DNA of 64,000 bases. It comes from Antechinus flavipes. Lineage: Eukaryota. The stretch lies in contig NC_067399.1 in NCBI RefSeq assembly GCF_016432865.1, positions 232,252,001-232,316,000 of the forward strand. The letters are read 5' to 3'. The notes beneath the pieces were generated by a model that saw only the letters and a list, made by a program, of their open reading frames with translations, searched no databases and had not been told where the DNA came from. Below are positions 35,067 to 48,206 of this stretch, piece after piece. A program made the position numbers and the translations under genes. How positions within the stretch are numbered: position 1 is the first letter of the stretch; the number at the start of each line of letters is the position of its first letter.

Positions 35067-38000
35067 TATTTACTGTGACCTGATGTCACTAGAATAATTG
35101 GGAAATTGTAAAGGCAGAAAGGATATGGGCAAAAAGTGTACAATATACCACTCTTCCCAGAGCAAACCCTGGGTCGTCATTTTGCTTCCACTTTGCTAGC
35201 TGCCCAAGACCAGGTTCTTGTTCTCCATTGCCTGGGGTGAATTGTGCTCAATTGTGTTTCCTACTAAAGACAGCAGGGGGAGCCTAAGACAGGGATAAAA
35301 TCAGAGAATTCAGGACGCCTTAAGATGGCACCTGGAAATCTTGCTCCCATAGAAATGGCATTTAATTTGATTTTGACTCTTCCCCATGCTAGAAAATATC
35401 AAGAATTGAATTTAAGTCTTTTAAATCCAAATTCAGTGCTGTTTCCACAAAGCCACAGAGAACTGTGACTCAAACCCAAAGTTAATACTCTTTCCATTAC
35501 ACCGTACACTTAAGCAATGTCTAATTACATGACAGGACCTAACAGGAAGAAACATTTGGAGGCAAGAAGGCTAATGGTGTCATCCTGCTGAGATGACCCT
35601 GGAACCTGAAACATTTATAATCTTCAAGCTGCTGTTCTAGACTGGCAGTGATATCTGGACAGCTGTAAATGCCAGAAAGGGGCTCAGTAGGACTGGTCAC
35701 TAGGGCTGAATGTGGTCTTTTTTTTTTTTTTTTTTTAATTGTTGAAAGCATCTTATAAGGGCATTGTTTAGAAAGGGCCCCAGAATATAATTTTTTGTTT
35801 AAATTGATTAATTCCTCCCTCTCAATTAACTGTAAAGAAGAGCTTTCTAATTAAATCTTTCTTAAGAACAAATGGGCTGTCTCTATGCGTAGTAACCTTT
35901 TCACTAGAGATATTCACACTGAATCTGGAGAGCCACTTGTCAGAGAATGGTGTAAAGGAGATATCAACACCAGATAACCTTTCCAGCTTGGAGATTCTGT
36001 GGATCTATGAAAACTTGTTTCCATGGTAGATAGCTCCCCCAAATGGCAAGGACTTGGTCAGTGGCCCATACATGGTTTTCCTGCTACATTAATTACCCAA
36101 GCCATAGGTTGCCAATGCCTGATACGATTCATATATAAAGCACCATATGTGAGGATAGAAAAGGCCCTACTTTAATGAAAGTATCCTAGCCCCACCTAGG
36201 ATTCCACAGTGGAAAGGAGATTGGTCTGGAAATCAAAAGAATGGTCCCTTGTAACTTTCCACTGTAACCAAATGAATTTTCCCAGATACCCCTCTTTTCC
36301 TTATATCATTTAAAACCAGGGCTGGTAAGAACCAACTTCCAGGTAACAAAGTTTTTGAGTCCAAAATCTAGGAATCCTTTGCCTAAGATCCCCCTAACCT
36401 AACTGTATAAAGCATACAACATCCACCTTCCTACTTGGGAAGGTGCTTCTTTATACTTTCTCAGTCCAGTTATGTTACCATAGGCTCATGCTTTGTTCCC
36501 TGTCTGAATAGATTTTTCTTGAATATCAATTCATTCATCAGGCTTAAAACTAAAATGGGCTTTAAAGCTCAAGATAAGCTAATCATTTCTTTTTAGGGAA
36601 GTCAAGGCCCAGAAAGTAAAAGCTATTTTTTTTCAAAATCACATCAATTTGAAGCATTATCATAATTTGAACTCAGGTCCTCTGACTCAAAAGCCTGATT
36701 TCTTTCTATTACAGTACACCAGCCTCAATTCATTTAAACAAATATTGATTAATTATCTGCTCTTTCAGGGCCCTAGTCTCAGTATTGGGAATACAAGTAT
36801 AGACACCACCCATCCCTCTCAGAAAGCAAGGAGCAGTATAAGCATGGAGATCAAGCCTGTATGAAGGAACATTTGGATGAGAGAAGATTTGAAAAGTAGA
36901 TTAGAACCTGGAATGCCAGACTAAGAAGGTTATGATTTATTCAGCAGAAAATTGGGAATATTTGAAGGATTGTCCAGTGGAAGGAGGCTCATGATTATTC
37001 TATTTTGACTTAGAAGGAAAAACTAATAACGGTAGAAGAAGCTTAAGAACCCAGGTCTTCTTCCTCTTAAATCCAATATTTTCCATGACCCCAAGCTGGT
37101 CTTCCTATTAAAGACTCATATCTCTAGAAGACTCAAAATATCGATAGTAGCTTGGAATTTTAAAAATATTTATAGATGTTCTCACAACTGCTACATCAAA
37201 AAAAAAAAAGATAAGGTGACTAATAGCACCATTTTACAATCGAAGATACTGAAGCATAGGGTTATACAATTAAGTCTTGGGGACAAGCTTTTAATCCAGG
37301 TCCCCAAATGACAGGACTCTTTTCTCTTTACCACATATATTCTTTTACTATTCATTGACTGGTCTGATTCAGGCTGAGACTGTGGGCCTTGGTACACAAA
37401 GAGCTCATCAGGCCTCTGAGGCTCAGCCCTAGCTAGACCATGTTTTTCCTGGTGTTTATGTTGCTGGAGCATGCTCCAAGGAGTAAACCTTAGTTCACCC
37501 TCTGTATCCCTTTATTAACAAGGCTTCATATAAACAAATTGCCCCAATATACATGTCTCTTTACAGAGGTTCTAAGCCACTTTGTTTGAAGAAGCGCCAC
37601 TTGGGGGAAGACAGCCATGGAGGAGTTTCTAAACAGAGCTGAGGGCAGGGATTGTGTTTTTCCAGTGACTGATTGATTTGCTAACCTTCTGAGTCAGCAC
37701 AGCACAACACGGGTCTCCTGGGAGGGACAGGGTGTACTCACTGTTCCCAGGTGCCCTGGAGAACGGACAGGCCCAAAGCATTTGTGGAACAGGGCCCCTG
37801 GGGGTGGAGTGGAAGGGGTGGAGACTTGCCAGTGGCCCCTGTAAAGATTCAAGCAATACTGAAGTTATCCCTATCGGGCATCCAGTAGCAGAAAGCAACT
37901 TAGAATATAGAATATTTAGAACAAACAAGAAAAGAGCTCTAAGGGACCTCAAAATCTAGAACACAAACTGTTAGAACAGAAGGGAACCTGAGAACAGAAA

Positions 38001-38328
38001 GAGGAAGGACCCACATCTCAGCGTGGAATGCAGAAACTGGCAAATACAGAAATCATCTTCATCCCAGGCCACCAAGAATTTGATTTGAGATTCAAACCCA
38101 ATTCTCCAGACTTCCAGTCCAGAACCCTTAACCATAAACCAGGCTATCTGTTTATCTGCATATCCTTCAACACTACCCACTCTCACCCCAGTGTATACCA
38201 GCTCTTTCCCCAGCAGAACTGCAAACTAAACAGGAGTTTTCTTTGCCAACTCACACCTCTTCTTGTACCATCCTTTCTTCCTCACTAAGTGAACTCCACC
38301 CAATGTCCTTTCACTCTTGCTCCCTTCC

Positions 38329-38460
38329 CAGGGGCAGCTAGGTGGCCTAACAAATGGAGTGCTGAGATTCAAATCCGGCTTTGGATATGTCGGACTGGGT
38401 GACCCTGGACAAGCTACTTAATCCCATTTGCCTTAGTTTCCTCAACTGTAAAATGTGTAT
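38329..38460 (+). mobile_element. CORE-SINE (MAR1/MIR-like)
   Basis: ggggcagctaggtgg head and ttagtttcctcaactgtaaaatg core. Many further MIR fragments in the window are not listed individually. Confidence 0.7.
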
Positions 38461-41400
38461 AATAATTGTACCTTTCACACAGGGTGTACAAATGCTATAT
38501 TTGTACAAAGTCCTTAGCATCTGCCTGGCACACAATAGGCACCATATACTTCTTCCCTTCCTCCATTCCCAATCGCCCCCATGCTCTTCACCTTTCTCAT
38601 TGCAATTATTAAAACGCCTCTTTGGGTCCTGCTAAACCCATAAACTAATTTGCAATATGGTTAATGATGGTTTCCTTTGTCACCTCTCCTGGGATACCTT
38701 TAAATAAGTGTGAATGAGTGTGCATGTGTGTGTGTGTGCTGCAGTGGATAGAATATTGACCTCTAAGTCAAGAACATCTGGGTTGTTGAAACATCAATCT
38801 AGTGCAATCCATAATTGAAAGAGAATTCCCGGGACATAGATCAAACAAGTAGCCATTGTGGTCATCTAAGTCTAGTCTCCGACATAACCTGCCTGTGTAA
38901 TGTTGGGCAAATAATTTAATCTCTTGGTGCCACAGGAAAGTTTCAAAGCAGATATCAACCTACAGTGGTAGAGGGGATATCCTCATTCAAACTTCTTAAT
39001 ATCAATGAAATCAGAGCTCTGGCTCCCAGAGGGAAAGAGCACAGGACTAAGAGTCAAGAAACCCAATTCCTGGTTTTAGCTCTAGCATGAACTTGCTGTA
39101 TTATCTTGGATAAGTTATTTCCCTTTCCTCCAGGCCATCTCTATTTTCATCTGTAAAATGAAGGGATTGAACTCAATGGTCTCCAAGATCCTTTCTTTAG
39201 CTTTGACACTTATGTTTTAAAATCCATTCCCTTTCTAACAGAATTCTCCATTCTCTGTCCTCAGCTGTTGTAAGACCCTGTGAATGCTAATATTTGATGT
39301 TCTCAAGGCTTTCCCTATTCTAACCTTCTCTGATCTGAACTCCAAGATTCTTAGGTTTGTAGACTTAGAAATGGAAGGGACATTTGTGTCCATCTACTAC
39401 AACCCTCTCATTTTACAGCTGAGGGAACTAAAACCAGCATGATTTTCTAGGTAGTGAGTGACAGAGCAGGGATTTGAATCCCAGGTCTTCCATCTCCCAA
39501 TCCAGCACTCTTCCCACCACAAAAGGAACTATTGCCAAGGTTCCACCCCCTGCTACCCTGAAGAAAGGATTGCTGGGAACTTTCTGTGCACATGTCCTCA
39601 TTTATGACCCTAGCTCCTATCTGGTGCTCAGAAACAAGTGGGGCCAGCCAAGGCCATAAATTCCTGCTATCTTTGGTCAGTATCTCCATAGCACTAGTTG
39701 TTTACTAAGCTCCTCATGATTGTTCTTTATCACTCCTTACTCACAAAGAGGAGGGGAGCACATTGTCCCCTTCCTCATGACAGTGGAGAGAACTGGGGGC
39801 CTCATGGGGTTTCGGCTTTGCTCAGAGGCCCACAGTGGGCCATGGTGGGACTCACAGATCCTGCCATGATCCAGTTGAGATCTTAGCCCATTGAAGTACA
39901 ATGTAAACACAATGGAAAGAATGCCAAATCCAAAGTAAGATGAGATGGGCTTCAGTTCTGGCATACCACATGCCTCACAACACTATAAAATACATAGATA
40001 TCAAGTGAACTCAAGTTGTCAGAACCCCCTAATATGGCCATAGAGGCCAGCCCCCATCCCCACTTGATACCCCACCACGTACTCTTCGGTGTTCCACCAA
40101 TAAGACACTCCATTTCATATCTCTTCACCATTTTCTTGGGCTATCTGAAGTGTTCTCCCTTCTCATCGCCACCTCCTGGCTTTCCTGGCTTCCTTAAAGT
40201 CCCAATTAAAATAAGCTCTCCTTCTGCAGGAAATTTTCCCCAATCCTTCTTAATTCTAGGGCTTTTCCTCTGTTGATTATTTCCCATTTGCCCTGTGTAT
40301 AGCTTGTTTTACACAGTTGTTAACATCTTGTCTCCCTCATTAGATTGTGAGTTCCCAGAGAATAAGGATTGTCTTTTGACACCCAGTGCTTAGCACAGTA
40401 CCTAAGCACATAGTAGGCACTTAGTAAATGCTTTGGATGGAGTCTAGATGGCTTTACCTGCTTCTGTGGTCACAGACTATACTCTCCTTCAGGCCAAATA
40501 TCAATAAAATGTATGTTTAATCTATGGCAGAACAATAGAGGACCGCTAATAGTTCCATGAAAACCAACTTCTTATGCTTGCAAGGGGAGATTAGGCATAA
40601 AGAAAAATCAGCTGTCCTTGTCTTTGAGGAGATTACCTGGGGAACACTCATGGGAAGGCAACCAGAATGGTTAGGGGACTTGGGACATTGACATGCAGTG
40701 ATGGGTAGAAAGGACTGAGAATATATCTGCTGGAGCTGATGTGGGGGAAAAGAGTATGTAGAAAACATGGTATCTGTTTTCAAGTATTTCTAGGTCTGTT
40801 ATATAGAAGAGGAATTATACTTGTTCTGTTTATTGCCAGAGGAGAGAACTAGGGGCTATTGCTCCAAAGAGATCAATTGAAGTTTGACATTTCTAATAAT
40901 TAAGGATAGTTAAAATGGAACGTGCTGCTTTGGGGAGAAAGTCTATTCACCCTTGATGGAATTTTTTTAGCCAAGGTTGGATGGCCACTTGTTTGACATA
41001 TGTCCAAGAAATTCCTTTTCAGTTTTGGATTGGACTAGAGGGATGCTGAAATCCTGTGATTCTGTGAGTTCATAGTCTAGTGGGAGACACGGGTCACATA
41101 TAAATGGTACAACTAGAGAACAGGACAGGATGATAAATGGCAGAGTGAAGGAGAGGAATATGATCTCCCAATTCTTTGGCTTCAGATTCAAGGACTGATT
41201 TCTTTTCCCTGAAGTACCTATTCTGAATAAAGAAAGAGATAGAACAAGACTTCAAAGGGCCCAGCCCAAGGTGGGTAAGGAAAACGTTGCTACCCTGGGC
41301 AAACAGCCTTCTGGTAATAAAGATAATGCTTTCTTGGGGAGGGCTTGGGAGAGAGGAAGGTCAGAGGAGGTTCTCTGAACTTGTGTGAAGGAACACCAGG

Positions 41401-44400
41401 CCTCAGATCTGCCTTTGGGCCCTATAAGATAGATGGGCTTGGGAGGAAAGAGACTGGGATTCTTGCCACTCCCGGGCCCAGAGATAGGGTTGTGAAGCTT
41501 CTCCCATTGAATTTCGTGTGACTTTTCTCTTCAGCTGCTATGGAACAGGGATGCTTGGATGAGGAATCTGACTAAAAATGAGAAAATCGAACCATGTCAT
41601 TTCTGGCGTCTCCTCCATTGCTAGGGTCCCTTCCAAATCTGTCACGCTTTTTGTTCTGAAGTCCCTTGTGGTCTTGGTATCTACCAGCCTTTGTCCTAAA
41701 ATAAATGTGGGCTCTAACATTCTGCATTCTAATATCCTACTCTGAAATTTCCTTCTAACCCTAAAGGCTATATAATTCTAGCATTCTTCACTATAAAACT
41801 TCTACAAAAGATAGACTATTAATCTTAATCTTGAAAAGCAGGGTTGTCTCCCTTTAGCCTTCTCTTCTCTAGATTAAGGAATCCTCTCCTCTGCCCTCTA
41901 AGACCTCTTCCAACTAAACTGTGCCTATCTCTCAGCCCTGAAGCATCAGTCCCCAGGCTTCCTGTAGGGCAGTGCCCTGGTGAACAGGCTCGGTGTTTAT
42001 GGCCCCATTCATTGCCTCTGCCAGACATCATCTAAGAGCCATAAAGCCCATTTACAGTTTTCTTTTCCCCAAAGATAAGGCTAGCAGTGCTTCCCAAGGC
42101 CGAGGGGCTATTTCAGCTCTAGGCCTGGAAGTGGGGTGGGGACTTTTCAGAAATGAAACAGATTAAGTTTTATGGTACAGACTTATCTGAAAATGCCCCA
42201 TTCCCATATCCTCAGCTTGAACCTGCCAGGTGAAATCTCAGAGCCTATACAAAGGTGGTGTTGCTTCATTTACTTATTAATTCAGACATTCAATAAAGAT
42301 TTGCTGGGGTACTAATAATCACAGCTCACAATTCTTTGGCCCTTTATAGTTTACAAAATACTTTCCTTACACTAACCTTCTGAAGTAGGTAGTACAAGTG
42401 AGTAAACTAAGGTTTATCTAAACTAAATTAAGTGAATGATAAACCCAATGTCAAATAGTAAGTGGTAGAACTGGGATCTGAACCCAGGCCTTCTGACTCC
42501 AACTGCTAGGTTCTTTTCACTTGGGGCCGGTGGGATTGATTGAGAAGTTACTGTGGGACTGTACCTTTGCTATAGGGAAGAGAAAAGAGGCATGACATAG
42601 GCTCCAACTTCAGAGTTATAGCTGGAGAAACTGGCCAATATGGTAGAAAGAATGACAGTGTTATACAGGGAGTCCTGGTTTTGGAGTGAGAAGACTTGAG
42701 TCTGAGTCCCTCCTTTAACACTTAGCTGTGACCTGGACATATTCAGGTTGTTTTTTCCTATGTATAATGGGGACAATCTAACAATGGGATCATTGTGAGT
42801 ATAGTGTTTGGTAAGCTTGAAAGCGTCATAAAAATGTGAACTTTTGTTATTTATAATTGTCAACATAATCATTTTAGCAGGACAGCATCATAAGTGCATG
42901 TTTATTTTCTCTTTAGAGACCCTCTATTGTCGGTAGGAAGCACAGTGGTCACCATTCACAAGTGGATTGGTGTGAGAGTTTTGACCTACTTCATTTCTGA
43001 CCTTGTCCCTCCTGACTAGCCTTGGGGTTCCCTACTCTACTTCCAGGAGCTCCTAATGCATTGCATCTTGACTCAACAAAGTATTGAGATTATACATGTC
43101 AGAGAACAACTCATTATGTCACAAAATTCTTTGTGTTATTGACTATCCTCCTATGTGAATACTCTCTCTTTGAGGGCAAGAATCTGACAGGTTAGTTTTA
43201 TGATCCCAAGCAAATAATTTAACTTCATTGCCTTAGTATTCTGACCTGTAAAATGGGAATAATTATAGAATTTAGAGCTAGAAGAGATCTTGGAGATGAA
43301 AGAACTCAAGCTATTTATTTTGCAGATATGGAAACTAAAGCACAGGGTAGGGAAGAAATTAATCCTAGATAACAGAAAGTGGCAGAATCAGGATTAAACT
43401 CCATCTGACTGGCAAACTAGGGTCCTTGCTGCCACTGCCATTTTTATCCTTATCATTTTTGTCATTATGATTTTACCTCTTTATATCTCCTAATAGCCAC
43501 CATATGATAAATACTAGATCACTACAAGACTTAAAACATTTACAAAGTACCTTCTTAATAAGAGTCCTGGGAAGGACTCAATGATATTAGCATCCCCATT
43601 TTATAGAACAGAAAATGAAGTCCAGTGTGGGGAGGTGATTTTCTCTGATCACATATATCTTTTGATACCCATTTCAATGCTTGGTTCCTTGACACCAAAA
43701 TGATTCCTACCCTAAATCCAGACCTAAATTCAAGGTCTAAGCAACTAAAGGAAGGAAAAAGACACTGCAGGTCTTCGATTCCGAAGTGGTGGGTTCAGAG
43801 CAGTATGATCCCGAAGAAAGAGAACTGACTGCAGAATAAGAGGATCTGGGATCAAATGCTGCCTGTGTAATCTTAGGTAACTCACCTTCCTTGGATCTCT
43901 CTTTCCTCTTCTGTTAAATGAGGGAATAAGGATGATACATGATTTCTGAGTTCCCTTTGTGTTTCCCTATGTGATAGGGGATAGAGGTCAGCTCCCTGAG
44001 TTGTTAAAAACACAACCAACCTGAAAGAGCTATCACTGGGCTTAAGAGTGATTTGTGATTAACTGGGTAAAGGGCTAATGGGATAGAGCAATTGGTAGGG
44101 TGAAGGCAGAGGAATTTATGGCTCCCAAGGTTTTATAATCTTCTGCATGGATTTATTAAGCCTATTTCAATTCCAAATAGCCTCCCCCATGTAGTCAACT
44201 CTGATACATAGCTCTGAGCTGACTTTAAGCCTAGTTACACATTGTTAGAAGTATTTCCTGGTAGTGACTGAGGTGGGGCATTTCCCAGGTAAGAGTCACA
44301 GGCCAAAAAAAAAAAAAAAAAAAAAAAGTCTAGGAGCTGTCCAGAGGATGTTGGGTGAGGTACATTGAGCTAATGGGAAAGCTTGGAGAGAGGCTCACTG

Positions 44401-44655
44401 CTTTGCCCAAGTTGGCTCAGATCACCAGAGGCAAACGGAACCAGAATTCAATTCTCCTGGCTTCTAGCCAAGTGCACCCATCACTGTTTCCTAGTGTACT
44501 GCCTGCTCCCTGGATGGGATTCTTGTCTCATCAAAGAGGGATATCAAAGACAAAGTGAAATAGCCTCCCCTGAACAGAAGGAACACAGACAGAGCAGAGC
44601 CATCTCCTCTAAGCAGAATTAGCATACCTCCATCCAAGAACCTGAGAGGAAGCTT

Positions 44656-45270
44656 GTGTTTGGTACCCTCTCTCCTCTTTTTCCAAGCCTTGGATTTTAA
44701 GAGATAGTTTCAGAAGACAGAAAAATCCAAAGGCATGAAGATTTAATGTTGGCATTTATGGACCAACTGGCTGGAGATCTAGGCAGAACAGGCAGAACTT
44801 CCCAGAATCTCTCAAACTGCCTTATTTTTAGAAAGCACCTTGGAGTCCTTTCCCTAGGACACATGGCTCTTCAAGATTCCTGAAGGATCGACCTGAAAGG
44901 AGGATGCAGCCCCAAGAAGGCAGAGGAACCGGAAAATTTCAGAGCTGAACTGTGCCTAATTGTTTACAATCTTGGCTAGTGCAAGGATTTGTTGTCTTTG
45001 GAGCAGGGGGGTTCTGCCACTGACTCCCTGTGTGATTTTGAACAAACTGCTTGTCCTGTCTGGGGTCTTTGCTCCTCTCTAAGAGGAAAGGGTTGGGCTT
45101 GATAATCCATCATCCTTAAGGCCTCTTCCAGTTCTGACATTCTGAGATCCTTTGAAAGGCTGTTCCTTAAAGAAGGCGGAACCACTTTAGAAGTTACCTT
45201 TCTACTCATCTCTAGCTTTGGATTTAGTTCTTTCTAGTTCTGACTAATCAGTAGCCTCTTCCTGGGGGCT
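44656..45270 (+). repeat. Local segmental duplication, copy 1
   Basis: Collinear with 47600-48206, with long shared runs such as ccaaaggcatgaagatttaatgttggcattt and cttccagttctgacattctgagatcctttgaaaggctgttccttaaagaagg. Confidence 0.95.
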
Positions 45271-47599
45271 CAATTTCCTTGTGTAAGGAGGTAATGAGGC
45301 CCAATGTTCTTAAGACTCTAAATCTTTCCACTCCCTACCTTGAGAGAAAGGCTAAGTACCTTAGAAGCAATGCCCTAGTAACTTCTGAAATATTCCCATC
45401 TCCAGTGGCCCAGGCAAGTTACTTTCCCAAGCCTTGTGTCTGGCTTCCTTTTATCTTACTAACAAGGCCTTCCATAGCCTACCTTGACTCAGTTGTTCCC
45501 TGAATGTTTTCTTGTTACTCTGGCATGGGTGACTGGTAGCTGGGACCCAAATGAAAATTTTCCTGTATTAGTTTTTCTCATAAATATGTGCTTTTGTAAA
45601 ATGTATCCATGCTACCCTTACCATTTTCCCCCCATGCATTTTGGATGGTGTGTTCAGTAATTGAGGCAAGAATCCTGTACTGCCTTAAAGAGTCTTGAAA
45701 CAGTTAACTCCACCTATACTTCAATTCTCCCTAGACCCCCTTTCACTGAATTCTCCCCCAGCACACAGACATAAACACACAAATATATATGCACATACAT
45801 ACACACATTTCCCACCAAAAAAAAATTTACTTTCATTGGAACATTCAGGGTGAAATAAAATTCTTCCAATGCTAGAATAGAAAATTCTAAATAATGCTGT
45901 CATTAAAAAAATAACAAAATTGGTTATTTTCAACTAAATGATTGGGAAATGGCATTCCCTGCCATTCAGATTGGTCTGCATAACCATATATAACTTTTTT
46001 TTTTGGTCTGACTTACCCAGACTTATTATCTAGCCAAAGTGCATTAAGCTTGAAGAAGATCTAGAGTTAGTGGAGATGAGCCCACTATCTTCAAATTACT
46101 GAAGGATTATTAATGGGAAGAGAAAGAAAATTTGTTCCAAATGATGCCCAGAGTTTGGATCAATGAGTGGAAGTTACAGGGAGGCAAATTCCAGCTCATT
46201 TTCAGGAAGAACTAAGAATAATAGTTGACCCATGATATAACAAAATAGTGCAATAAGTAGTAAGCTTCCCATCATTCACAGTGTTTGAGCAGAATTTGGG
46301 TGATCCCTTAGTGGAAAAGCTAATGGTTCTAAACTAAGTGAGAGATTAAACTGGATGACCTAAGAAGTATCCTCTGACTACAAGACTGTATGATTCTAGT
46401 TTCAGGTTTGCTTCTAATTTATTGTACAACTCTGGGCAAATCACACTTTTGTAAGTTTCATTTGTAAAATAAAGGGATTGAATTAGATGTATCCTCTGAC
46501 TCTTAATAGTCTCTGTTCTACGGTTCCTCCCACTCTGCCATTCTGTGATATTTGTTCTATTTATTCTATGTTCTAGGGTACCTTCCAAATCTAATGTTCT
46601 ATGAGTTTATGAGAAAGAAGGGAAAACCGTTCATCTAGGATGAGTTAGAAAATATCCTTGGTATTTATTTTGAAGCTTAAAAAACATTTTTTTTAAGAAA
46701 TACAAACTAGAGCTAAGAAATGTTCTTTCCCGACTGGTTGGCAATGATGGCAGTGGGAATGGTTGGGAAGGTTTGGTACTAGCCCATCAGTGTTTCTCAA
46801 GCCCCCATTCTCTCCCCTAGAAATTTTTTGAGGAAATTCGAAAGGAAAATACCTTAATGACTGGAATATTGCAGTGACCCTGCGGTTTGGAATTATTTGA
46901 AATTATACAATTAGAGTTGATCAAGGGCAAATCACAGAATAATTTAGCAAACATGATTGGTTTTGCCATTACAATCTTGCCAACTTTCATATTGCCTCTC
47001 ACTCCCTTGACTTCCAGAAGTACCCTTCTGAGAGGGCCACTAAGGTCATACCAGGAAAGTGGGGAATGGTAGAAACCCTGGTGTGCAATCCCGCTTGGGA
47101 AGTGCCAAAGAGTTTTCCACTCCACCTCTTAAGAATCCTGAGATTAGGACAGCCACAGGAGAGGCAATGTCCTCTTGTCCTAGACCCACAATGGCAAGAA
47201 AGCCAATTGATCAGGTTTGAGGGGAATGGTGGCAGCTTGGATTCTACCTTATCTCCTCTCCCTAAGATGACTTCAGTTGTTATTGAATCTTCTTTCCCCA
47301 CATATATAGAAATATATTCACTTCCAAACCCAAAGAGATTCAAATGCCCAGCCACATCAGACCATACCCAGGAATATTTGTCCAAATTTGGTCCTAGAGA
47401 GAACAGTAACCAAGGGAATTATAAACCAAGGCAATCATCCACCTTTACTTGACATTTTCCTTTCCCAGTGTGGAACTCAGGAAGCTTGGGGGAGGGAAGA
47501 AGTGTAAAGACTGGAGATAATGAGGGTTAGTCTTCACCAGGAGATTCTACCCAACCTGGGACTTTTCCATATGCAGCAAATTATTGTTTGTTAGAACTG

Positions 47600-48206
47600 G
47601 TGTTTGGTATGCTCCCTCCTCTCTTTCCAAGCCTTGGAGTTTAAGAAGTGGCTCTGGAAGATACAAAAAATCCAAAGGCATGAAGATTTAATGTTGGCAT
47701 TTGTGGACCAAATGGTAGACAGAACTTCCCTCAAACTGCCTTATCTATAGAAAGCACCTTGGAGTCCATTCCCTAGAGAGCAGAAAGCAGCAGAACATGT
47801 GCCTTTCAAGATTCTTGAAGGGTCGAGCTGAAAGGAGGATGCAGCCCCAAGAAGGCAGAAGAACCTGAAAATTTCAGAGCTGAGTTGGGGCTACCTCTGT
47901 TTGCAATCTAGTCTACTGCAAGGATTTGTTGTCTTTGAAGCAGGGGGGTTCTGCCACTAACTCCGTGTGATCTTGAACAAACCCAAAGGGCCTGTCTGGG
48001 GCCTTTGCTCCTCTCTAAGAGGAAGGAATTAGGCTTGATGATCCATCATCCCTAAGGTCTCTTCCAGTTCTGACATTCTGAGATCCTTTGAAAGGCTGTT
48101 CCTTAAAGAAGGGGGAACCACTTTAGAAATTACCTTTCTACTCATCTCTGGTTTTGGACTTAATTCTCTCTAGTTCTGACTAGTCAATAGCCTCTTCCTA
48201 GGGGCT
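47600..48206 (+). repeat. Local segmental duplication, copy 2
   Basis: Direct repeat of 44656-45270, offset about 2.94 kb. Confidence 0.95.

Noticed and set aside
34664-35143. ORFs spanning the N run
   Set aside because: They are artefacts of the assembly gap.
46999-47452. Overlapping 128-aa ORFs on both strands
   Set aside because: They have no recognisable homology, splice signals or codon pattern; not supported as genes.
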